A stretch of DNA of 64,000 nt from Squalus acanthias (Eukaryota). The DNA lies in NCBI GenBank assembly GCA_030390025.1, contig JASTWF010000034.1, positions 4,340,001 through 4,404,000 of the forward strand, in the 5' to 3' direction. The stretch's first letter is position 1. Each line of letters starts with the position of its first letter. Both the position numbers and the translations under genes were made by a program. The notes beneath the pieces are model-generated. The model saw only the letters and a list, made by a program, of their open reading frames with translations. It did not search any database and had not been told where the DNA came from. Shown piece by piece: positions 20,894-31,700 of the stretch.

Positions 20894-21989
20894 CTCTTTC
20901 TCTCTCCACGGATGCTGCCTGGCCTGCTGAGTTTTTCCAACGTTTTCTGTTGTTATTTCAATCTTTCTCTGTGCTTGTGTTTGGGAAAGGATTTTACACA
21001 TCATGCGACTGGGAAAGCACTGAGACCCATTCACACTTGAGCGAGAGTGTTCCAGTGCACTGACTGTGGAGAGAGCTGTAACCAGCTATACAGCCTGAAA
21101 AAACTTCGCACCATTCACAGCGGGGAGAAACCGTACACGTGTTCTGTGTGTGGACGAGGCTTCAACCGATCGTCCCACCTGGAGAGACAGATGGACCATG
21201 GAGAAACCATGGGAATGTGGGGACTGTGAGAAGGGATTCAATTATCCATCTGAGATGCAAATTAATCAGCGCAGTCACACTGGGGAGAGACTGTTTACCC
21301 GCTCCGTATGTGGGAAGGGATTCAATCGGTCATGCATCCTGCTGAAACACCAGCGAGTTCACACTGACGAGAGACCGTTCAGTTGCTTTCACTGTGGGAA
21401 GAGATTCACTGATCCCACCTCATTCAACACCAGCATGTTCACACTGGAGAGAATCCGTTCACCTGCTCCATGTGTGCGAGGGGTTCACAAGGTCATCCAG
21501 TCTGGTGAAACGCAAGCGAATACACTCTGAAAGCTGACCTTTTAAAAGTTCTTGTAAGTATTGGTATGCATAGATTATTAAATATAATACACTGGTTGAC
21601 ATACGGAATTATATCAATATTAAGCGAGAATAACCAGGGATTACGTTAGGTTAGAATACACTCCAGAAAGACGCACATCTGCTGCCGATCATGGGTGAGT
21701 GTGAAGATTGAATTTAATGCCAGCAGGGTGTCTGGAGGACTGCTGGGGAGTGTAGCCAGAGAATCAGTCCCTTTAGTAAAGGACATTGGAAGCTGTGAAT
21801 GTTTGAAGGTTACAGAAGCAGGTAATTAACACTCCTGTGTGGGAGAGTAAAGATCAAACTGATAGAGATCAATGGGCAAGCACAACGAATGATAACAGCT
21901 CACCTCCCCACAAAACCAGCAGCTCACTGGCCCACTAAACCAGCAGCTCACTGGGCCACTACATATGCAGGTCGCCTTCCCACTGAATC

Positions 21990-22476
21990 ATAGTGTTACT
22001 GTGAGGCCTGTGGGGTATATATCTGTGTTACAGTGAGAGGTATGGGGTATTTCCGTGTGTTATAGTGAGGTGTGTGAGGTTGATCAGTGTTAAATTGAGG
22101 GGTGTCAGGTATATCAGTGTTACAGTGAGGGGTGTGGTGTATACCTGTGTCACAGTGAGGGCTTTTGGCTATATCAGTGTTACAGTGAGGGGTGTGGTGT
22201 ATATCAGTGTCACAGTGAGGGCTTTTGGCTATATCAGTGTTACAGTGAGGGGTGTGGGGTATATCAGTGTTACTTTGAGGGGTGTGGGGTATATCAGTGT
22301 TACAGTGAGGGGTGTGGGGTATATCAGTGTTACCGTGAGGGGTGTGGGGTATATCAGTGTTACAGTGAGGGGTGTGGGGTATATCAGTGTTACAGTGAGG
22401 GGTGTGGGGTATATCAGTGTTACACTGAGGGGTCTGTGGTATATCCGTGTTACAGTTAGGGGTGTGGAGTATATCA
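21990..22476 (+). repeat. 30-bp G-rich minisatellite (about 16 units)
   Basis: Unit gtgaggggtgtggggtatatcagtgttaca. Confidence 0.95.
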
Positions 22477-22479
22477 AAA

Positions 22480-22579
22480 GGGGTTTGGATAAGTGGGACT
22501 GGCTGAAGTGCTCTTGCAGGGAGCCGGCTCGATGGGCCGTAAGGCCTCCTTCTGTTCTGTAGCCATTCTATGATTCTAT
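22480..22579 (+). mobile_element. CR1-type 3' tail fragment
   Basis: ggctcgatgggccgtaaggcctcc followed by attctatgattctat tail. Confidence 0.7.
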
Positions 22580-22593
22580 ATGGCCATTAATGC

Positions 22594-23705
22594 ACAACAA
22601 CAATAACTTGTATTTAAATAGCACCTTTAACGTAGTAAAACGTCCCAAGTCGCTTCACAGGAGTATTTTAAGACAAACAATTTTGACATTGAGCCACATC
22701 AGGATAAATTCGGACAGGTGACTAAAAGCTTGGTCAAAGTTGGAGGTTTCAATGAGCGTCTTCATGGAGGAAAGAGAGGTAGCGAGGCGGAGAGGTTTAG
22801 CTGGGAATTCCAGAACTTCGGGCCTAGGCAACAGAAGGCACGGCCACCAAATGTTGAGCGATTATAATCAGGGATGCTCAAGAGGGCAGAATTAGTGGAG
22901 CGCAGATATCTCGGGGGGGAGGGGGGGTTGTGGGGCTGAAGGTGATTAGAGATAGGAAGCGGAGAGGCCATGGAGGGATTTGAAAACAAGGATGAGAATT
23001 TTGAAATCGAGGTGCTGCTTAACCGGGAGCCAGTGTAGGTCAGCGAGCACAGGGGAGATGGGTGAACGGGACTTGGTACGACTTAGGATACGGGCAGCCG
23101 AGTTTTGGATGACCTCAAGTTTACATAGGGTGGAATGTGGGAGGCCAGCCAGGAGTGCGTTGGAATAGTCAAGTCTAGAAGTAACAAAGGCATGGATGAG
23201 GGTTTCAGCAGCGGATGAGCTGAGGCAAGGGCGGAGACGGGCGATGTTAAGGAGGTGGAAGTAGGCGGCCTTTGTTATGCTGCGGATATGTCGTCGGAGG
23301 CTCATTTCAGGGTCAAATATGACACCAATGTTGCGAACAGTGTTGTTCAGCCTCAGACAGATGTTAGGGAGAGGGATTGAGTCTGTGGCTAGGGAACCGT
23401 GTTGGTGGCAGGGACCAAAAACAATGGCTTCGGTCTTCCCAATATTTACTTGGAGAAACTTTTGCTCATGTCGGTCAAGCAGTCTGACAATTTAGACACC
23501 GTGGAGGGGTCGAGAGAAGAGGTAGTGAGGTAGAGCTGGGTGTCGTCAGCGTACAGGTGGAAACTGACTGTGTTTCTGGATGATGTCACCAAGGGGCAAC
23601 ATGTAGATGAGAAATAGGAGGGGGGCAAGGACAGATCCTTGGGGGACACCAGAGGTAACGATGTGGGAGCGGGAAGAGAGGCTAACTGATATTCTGATCC
23701 TTTCC
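22594..23705 (-). mobile_element. L2 LINE 3' fragment
   Basis: [49 protein letters not shown]; (TTG)n tail at ~22594-22607. Confidence 0.92.
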
Positions 23706-23880
23706 GCACAGTATGATCCCAGACCCAGACGCATCCCTCACTGTGGAGAGAGAGAGAGAGGCAGAGACAGTGAGGGAGCAGATACTTAGAGAAGGAAATT
23801 AATACTGGGGTAGAGTTTGACGTTTAGTAGGTGCTATTGTACAAAGTGGGTAATTGTGAATCAGCCACCCATTTTACACC

Positions 23881-24164
23881 GATGGAAATAAAACTCGGGA
23901 GAGATGTAGGGCAGGATCCCGGTTCATTCCCGGAGACGGGGCTGATTGTACACCCTGTGTTCATGCCCAGTGAGACTGCACACCAGGAGCAGAGCCTGGT
24001 CATTGTGACCCTGTGACACCTCGAGTGGGAGGGGCTCCGGCCGCTTTGTGACATCGTTCCTGGCTGCTGTGTGATGTCACCTGGAGACAGGGCCCCGCCC
24101 CTGGTTACAGCCCATCAGTGGGATGTCAGTGTGGGAGGAGCTGGAGTGACAGCTGACACTGGGG
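23881..24164 (+). pseudogene. Decayed laminin-EGF-like exon; paralog of 5274-5537
   Basis: DGNKTRERCRAGSRFIPGDGADCTPCVHAQ*DCTPGAEPGHCDPVTPRVGG...APGYSPSVGCQC; donor GTGAGT at 24165; acceptor not canonical. Confidence 0.4.
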
Positions 24165-24339
24165 GTGAGTTTAGTCCCAATAAACAGGGCAATGGACAGA
24201 ATAGAACTATTCAATATTAAAGTAAGTAATTCAAACACACTGATTAATTGCAAAAATAATCAAATTGAATATATTTATGGTCACAAAAATGCTCCCCCTG
24301 TATTCTGGGATTAATATTTATCATTTTTATCATTCACAG

Positions 24340-24510
24340 TCTCTGGGAGTGAGCAATATCTCAGGAAGGTGGAGAGAGAGAAGTCGAATCATCGCCTCAC
24401 TGACTGGGACTGGATAAATGTCGCTGGGTTCACAGAGCAGATCTGGTGGGATCGAGAACCCCAGTGTCAGAGACGGGATAAAACGGGAAGCTTGAACAAT
24501 GATTGGAAAG
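24340..24510 (+). other. Candidate 171-bp exon, weakly C-type-lectin-like
   Basis: Acceptor tttttatcattcacag, donor aagGTGAGG, symmetric phase, open frame ...RLTDWDWINVAGFTEQIWWDREPQCQRRDKTGSLNNDWK. Confidence 0.35.
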
Positions 24511-24809
24511 GTGAGGAACTTTACTGAGAATCCCATCAGTCCAGGATTTTGCTGAGGTGAGAGTCTAACCAGATACTGGGAGCTGTCCAACATTTGCCAT
24601 CAGGCTCGGCCTTTGATGTGGCAAATTGAGCGGAGCTTAACTCGGAGATAAACCTTGCCCATACCTCACCCGGGAGTGATTGACACTTACATTTAGAGGG
24701 ATATTTATTCTGTATTCATCCCATGCTGTACCCGAGCTGGTTGTGCTTCATTGGGTAGTGTCAAGGGAGCTGTACGCTGCACATGCTGTATTAGAGGGAG
24801 CTTTGCATG

Positions 24810-25548
24810 TCACCCGCGCTGTACCTGCTCTGCGAGTGTTTGAGTGGACAGGGCAGAGGAAGGTTTAGTCTGTATATCTCTGTCTAACCCGTGCTGTTCG
24901 AGCCCTTGGACTGTTTGATTGGGCAGTGTAAAGGAAGCTTTATTCTGTATCTCTCGATCTAACCCGTGCTGTACCTGCCCTTGGACTGTTTGATTGGGCA
25001 GTGTAAAGGGAGCTTTATTCTGTATCTCTGTATCTTACCCGTACTGTACCTGCCCTTAGACTGTTTGATTGGGCAGTTTAAATGGAGCTTTACTCTGTAT
25101 CTCTCTATCTAACCGGTGCTATACCTGCCCTTCGACTGTTTGATTGGACAGTGTAAAGGGAGCTTTACTCTGTATCTCTCTATCTAACCCGTGCTATAAC
25201 TGTGCTTGGACTATTTGATTGGGCAGTGTAAAGGGAGCTTTACTCTGTATCTCTCGATCTAACCGGTGCTATACCTGCCCTTGGACTATTTGATTGGGCA
25301 TTGTAAAGGGAGCTTTACTCTGTATCTCTCTATCTAACCCGTACTGTACCTGCCCTTAGACTGTTTGATTTGGCAGTGTAAAGGGAGCTTTAATCTGTAT
25401 CTCACGATCTAACCTGTGCTATACCTGCCCTTGGACTGTTTGATTGGACAGTGTAAAGGGAGCTTTACTCTTTATCTCTCTATCTCACCCGTGCTATACC
25501 TGCCCTTGGACTATTTGATTGGGCAGTGTAAAGGGAGATTTACTCTGT
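24810..25548 (-). repeat. 75-bp variant of the 67-bp satellite, inverted orientation
   Basis: Period 75 (ttggactg at 24906 and 24981); 8 extra bases in tctgtatctctctatctaacc. Confidence 0.92.
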
Positions 25549-25654
25549 GCATAACTCATACTACATGCAGGAAGATTGTGGCAAATGGAATTCAATCCGG
25601 AGTAGTGTGAGGTAATGCATTTGGGGAGGGCTAACAGTCAACGGATCCTACACT

Positions 25655-26718
25655 GAGGAACATAGGAAGAGGAGTCGGCCATTCAGCCCCTCGAGCCTGT
25701 TGCCCCATCCAATGCGATCATTGACTGATCTGCGATCTAACTTCATAAACCCACATTTGGCCCATAACCCTTCATACCTTTGGTTAACAAAAAGCAATAA
25801 ATCTCCGATATAAAATTAACAATTTATCTAGCATCCAATTCCGTTTGTGGAAGAGAGTTCCAAATTTCTCCCACTTTGTGTGTCGAAGTGTTTCCTAATT
25901 TCACTCCTGAAAGGACTGCCTCTAATTCTTAGACTGTGCCTCCAGTCCTAGTATCCCCACCAATGGAAATAGTTTCTCGCTATCTACTCTATCTGTTCCC
26001 CTTAATATCCTAAAAACTTCGCTCAGATCACCCCTTAACCTTCTAAATTCTAGGGAATAGAACCCTAATTTGTGTAATCTATCCTTGTAACTTAACCCTT
26101 GAAGTCTGGGTATCATTCTGGTAAACCTGCGCTGCACTCCCTCCAAGGCCAATATATCCTTCCTGAGGTGTGGTGCCCAGAACTGCTCACAGCACTCCAG
26201 GTGTGGTCTAACCAGTGTTTTGTATAGCTGCAGAACAACTTCTACCCCCTTGTAATCTCGTCCTTTAGATATAAAGACCAGCTTTCCATTAACCTTTTTG
26301 ATTATTTTCTGTACCTCTCCATGGCATTTTAATGATCTATGTACCTGGACCCCCCAAGTCTCTTTGGACATCTACTCTTTTTAGCTTTTCACCATTTAGA
26401 AAGTAACCTGTTCTATCCTTTTAGGGTCCAAAGTGATTGACCTCACATTTGCTTACATTGAAATGAATTTGCCATAGTTTTGCGCATTCCCTTAATCTGT
26501 CAATATCCCTTTGTAATTTTATGCTTTCACCTACACTGCCTACAATGCTGCCTATCTTTGTGTCATCGGCACATTTGGGTATATGACTTTCTATGACATC
26601 ACCTAAGTCATTAATAAATATTGTGAATAGCCGAGGCCCCAAAACACAGCCCTGCCGGACACCAGGAGTCACATCCTGTCAATTTGAGTACCTACCCATT
26701 ATCCCTACGCTGTATCCT
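25655..26718 (-). mobile_element. CR1 LINE 3' fragment (different subfamily)
   Basis: Minus-strand ORFs 26421..26672 (KCADDTKIG) and 25922..26371. Confidence 0.92.
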
Positions 26719-26720
26719 GA

Positions 26721-28205
26721 CGAGTAAAGATCCCTCTACAGAATCCCATCAAACACTCCCAGGGCAGGTACAGCATGGGTTAGATACAGAGTAAAGCTCC
26801 CTCTACACTGCCCCATCAAACAGTCCCATGGCAGGTTCAGCACGGGTTAGATACTGAGTAAAGACCCCTCTATCCAGTTCGAACAAACACTCCCAGGCCA
26901 GGTACTGCACGAGTTAGAAACAGAGTGTAGCTCACTATACATGGTGCCATCAAACACACCAAGGGCAGATACAACAATGGTTGGATATAGAGTAAAGCTC
27001 CCTCTACACTGTCCCATCAAACACTCCCAGGGCAGGTACAGCATAGGTTAGATACAGAGTAAAGATCCTTCTACAGAATCCCATCACACACTCCCAGGGT
27101 AGGTACAGCACGGGTTAGATACAGAGTAAAGCTCCCTCCACACTGTCCCATCAAACACTCCCAGGGCAGGTAGTGCATGGGTTAGGTACAGAGTAAAGCT
27201 CCCTCTACACTGCCCCATCAAACCCTCGCAGGGCAGGTAGTGCATGGGTTAGGTACAGAGTAAAGCTACCTCGACACTGTCCTCTCAAAAACTGCCAGGG
27301 CAGGTACAGCACGGTTTAGCAACAGAGTAAAGCTCCCTCTACACTGTCCCATCAAACAGCCCCATGGCAGGTTCAGCATTTATTAGATACAGAGTAAAGC
27401 TCCCTCTACACTGCCCCATCAAACACTCCCAGGGCAGGTACAGCACGGGTTAGATACTGATTAAAGCTCCCTGTATACTATCACATCAAACACTCCCAGG
27501 TCTGGAACAGCACGGGTTAGATACAACGTAAAGACCCCTCTATCCTGTTCCAACAAATACTCCCAGGCCAGGTACTGCACGGGTTAGATACAGAGTATAG
27601 CTCACTATACATTGTGCCATCAAACACACCAAGGGCAGATACAACAATGGTTAGTTACAGAGTAAAGTTCCCTCTACACTGTCCCATCAAACACTCCCAG
27701 TTTAGGTACAGCACAGGTAAGTTGCAGAGTAAAGATCACTCTACAGAATCCCATCATACACTCCCAGGGCAGGTTCTGCAATGGTTAGATATAGAATAAA
27801 GCTCCCTCTACACTGTCTCATCAAACACTCGCTGGGCTGTTAGTGCATGGGTTAGGTACAGAATAAAGCTCACTCTACACTGTCCCATCAAACACTCCCA
27901 GGGCAGGTGCAGCACGGGTTAGATACAGAGTAAAGCTCCCTCTACACTGTCCCATCAAACACTCCCAGGGCAGGTACAGCATAGGTTAGATACAGAGTAA
28001 AGATCCTTCTACAGAATCCCATCACACACTCCCAGGGTAGGTACAGCACGGGTTAGATACAGAGTAAAGCTCCCTCCACACTGTCCCATCAAACACTCCC
28101 AGGGCAGGTAGTGCATGGGTTAGGTACAGAGTAAAGCTCCCTCTACACTGCCCCATCAAACCCTCGCAGGGCAGGTAGTGCATGGGTTAGGTACAGAGTA
28201 AAGCT
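26721..28205 (+). repeat. 67-bp satellite array with a 938-bp (14-mer) higher-order repeat, running into the gap
   Basis: 26991-27267 recurs at 27929-28205. Confidence 0.95.
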
Positions 28206-28717
28206 NNNNNNNNNNNNNNNNNNNNNNNNNNNNNNNNNNNNNNNNNNNNNNNNNNNNNNNNNNNNNNNNNNNNNNNNNNNNNNNNNNNNNNNNNNNNNNN
28301 NNNNNNNNNNNNNNNNNNNNNNNNNNNNNNNNNNNNNNNNNNNNNNNNNNNNNNNNNNNNNNNNNNNNNNNNNNNNNNNNNNNNNNNNNNNNNNNNNNNN
28401 NNNNNNNNNNNNNNNNNNNNNNNNNNNNNNNNNNNNNNNNNNNNNNNNNNNNNNNNNNNNNNNNNNNNNNNNNNNNNNNNNNNNNNNNNNNNNNNNNNNN
28501 NNNNNNNNNNNNNNNNNNNNNNNNNNNNNNNNNNNNNNNNNNNNNNNNNNNNNNNNNNNNNNNNNNNNNNNNNNNNNNNNNNNNNNNNNNNNNNNNNNNN
28601 NNNNNNNNNNNNNNNNNNNNNNNNNNNNNNNNNNNNNNNNNNNNNNNNNNNNNNNNNNNNNNNNNNNNNNNNNNNNNNNNNNNNNNNNNNNNNNNNNNNN
28701 NNNNNNNNNNNNNNNNN
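28206..28717. other. Assembly gap (512 N)
   Basis: Run of N. Confidence 1.
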
Positions 28718-31700
28718 GGAATAAAGTTGCAGTCATTTTTTTTAACATGTTAATTTATACACTGGGGAATAAAGATACAGTTAATTTGAAATGGTGCCCT
28801 CTACACCGGGGAATAAAGTTACAATTAATTGTTATTTTCGACATGATGCACTCTACACCGGGGAATAAAGTTACAGTCAATTCTTAATTTCGACATGATA
28901 CACTCTCCACCGGGGAATAAGTTTACAGTTAATGGTTAATGTTGACATGATACACTATACACCGGGGAATAAAGTTACACTCAATTGTTAAATTGACATG
29001 AAACCCTATGCACCGGGGAATAAAGTTACAGTCAATTGTTAATTTCGACATGATATCCTCTACAACGGGGAATAACGTAAATGTCAATTGTTAATTCAGG
29101 CATAAAACACTCTGCAACAGGTAGAAAATTTACAGTTAATTGTTAATTTGACATGATATCCTCTACACTGGGGAATAAAGTTAAAGTCAATTGTTAATTC
29201 TGACATGATACCCTCGGCACCGGGGAATAAAGTAATTGTCAATTGTTAATTTAAGCATGAATCCCTCTACAGCAGGGAATACATTTACAGTTAATTGTTA
29301 ATTTGACGTGATATCCTCTACACTGGGGAATAATGTTAAAGTGAATTTTTAATTTGTCATGATACCCTTTTCACTGGGAAATACTGTACCAGTCAGTTGT
29401 TAATTGTTAATTTAGACAGGATTCCCTCAACACCGGGGGATATAGTTACAGTTATTGGTTAATTTAGACATGATACCCTCTACACCGGGGATGAAATTTA
29501 CAATTAATTGTTAATTTGGACATGAAGCCCTCTACACCGTGGACTAAAGTTACAGATAATTGTTAATTTGACATGATAACCTCTACACTGGTGAATAAAT
29601 TTACAGTTAATTTTTAACTTTTCATGATATCCTCTACGCTGAGAATATAAAGTTACAGTTAATTGTTAATTTGACATGATACCCTCTACACCAGTAAAAA
29701 TAGTTACACTTAATATTTAATTTGAAATGATGCCCTCTACAACGGTGAATAAAGTTACAGTTAATTGTTAATTTAGACATGTTACATTGTACACAGGGGA
29801 ATACATTTAAAGTTATTTGTTAATTTAGATATGTTTCCCTCCACACTGTGGAAAAAAGTTACAGTTTATTGCAAATTAAGAAAAGTTTCCCACCACACCA
29901 GGGAATAAATTTACTGTCAATTGGTAATTTGACATGATACCCTCCACACTAGGGTATAAAGTTACATTTAATTGTTAAATAAGACATCATACCCTCTACA
30001 CTCAGGATATAAGGTTACAGGTAATTTTTAATTTGACATGATAAGCTCTACACCGGGGAATAAAGTTCCAGTTAATGGTTAATTTGATATCATACCCTCT
30101 ACACTGGGGAATAAAGTTACAGTTAATTGTTAATTTTACATTATGCCCTCAAGACCGTGGAATAAAGTTGAAGTTTATTGTTAATCTTTCATGATACCCT
30201 CTACACTGGGGAATAAAGTTACAGTAAATTGTTGAATTGACATGATACCCTCCACATTGTGGAATAAAGTTGCAATCATTTTTTTTAACATGATAATTTC
30301 TAAACTGTGGAATAAAGATTCAGTTAATTTGAAATGGTGCCCTCTACACCGGGGAATAAAGTTACGGTTAATTGTTAATTTCGACATGATGCATTCTACA
30401 CCGGGGAATAAAGTTACAGTGAATTGTTAATTTCGACATGATATCCTCAACACTGGGGAATAACGTAAATATCAATTGTTAATTTAGGCATGAAACACTC
30501 TAAACCAAGGAGCAAATTTACAGTTAATTGTTAATTTGACATGATGCCCTATACACTGGGGAATAAAGTTACAATTAATTGTTAATTTCGACATGATGCC
30601 CTCTACACTGGGGAATAAAGTTACAGTTAATTTTTAATTTAGACATGATACCTTCTCAACAGGGGAATAAAGTTACACTTAATTGTTAATTTAGTCATGA
30701 TACCTTCTACACTGGAGAATAAAGTTACAGTTAATTGCTAAATTTGACAGGATACCCTCTACATCGGGGAATAAAGTTGCTGTTAATTGTTAATTTGACA
30801 TGATTACCTCTACACCGGAGAATAATTATACAGTAAATTGTTAATTTTGACATGAAGCCCTCTACAAAGGTGAATAGAGTTACAGTTAATTGTTAATTTC
30901 GATATGATACCCTCTACACTGGGGAATATAGTTACGGTCAATTACTAATTTTGACATGATACCCTGTATACCGGGGAATAAAGTTACAGTTAATTGTTAA
31001 TTTAGACATGTTTCCCTGCACACCATAGATTAAAGTTACAGTCAATTGTTAATTTTGACATGATATCCTCTACTTTTTGGAATAGTGTTACATTTAATTG
31101 TTAATATTGAAATGAAGCCCTCTACACCGGGGACTAAAGTTACAATTACTTGTTAATTTGACATGATCCACTCTACACCGGCGAAGAAAGTTAGAGTTAT
31201 TTGTTAATTTGACATGATGCCCACTAAACTGGGAAATATATTTAAAGTTAATTGTTAATTTTACATGCTAACCTCTACACTGGGGGACAAAGTTACAGAT
31301 GATTGTTATTTTTACACGATAACCTCTAATCCGGGGAATAAAGTTACATTAAATTGTAAATTTAGATATGATACCCTCTACACCGAGGAATAAGATTACA
31401 TTTAAATGTTAATTTGACATGATGCCCTCTACACCGGGGAATAAAGTTACAGTGAATTGTTAATTTAGAAATGATTCCCTCTAAACCGGGGAATAAAGTT
31501 ACACTTAATTGTTAATTTGAAATGCTACACTCGACACCTGGGAATGAAGTTACAGTTAATTGTTAATCTGTCCTGATACCCTCTACACTGGGGAATAAAG
31601 TTACAGTAAACTGTTGAATTTACATGATACCCTCCACACTGTGGAATAAAGTTGCAGTCATTTTTTTTAACATGATAATTTCTACACTGGGGAATAAAGA

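Larger units (their letters stand above)
20643..20960. mobile_element. Palindromic Penelope-type insertion with 14-15-bp TSD
   Basis: Arms 20673-20813 and 20820-20960 (141 bp, one mismatch seen), 6-nt spacer taaagc; (a)atctttctctgtgc duplicated at 20628-20642 and 20960-20974. Confidence 0.85.
20510..21545 (+). pseudogene. C2H2 zinc-finger gene exon, pseudogenised (about 6 fingers)
   Basis: Acceptor ctttttcag at 20509; FQCTDCG...[56 protein letters not shown]; lost Cys/His ligands, frameshifts and an insertion at 20643-20960. Confidence 0.9.

Noticed and set aside
20587..21040. Mirror-image ORFs MKSRKSNRFKAR on both strands
   Set aside because: Direct consequence of the palindrome.
21913..21960. 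24-bp tandem duplication aaaccagcagctcactgg.ccact
   Set aside because: Isolated slippage event with no further structure.
22065..22562. 165-aa ORF with VRGVGYISVT repeats
   Set aside because: Stop-free frame of a 30-bp minisatellite with no gene structure.
28143..28748. 201-aa ORF
   Set aside because: Artefact of reading through Ns.
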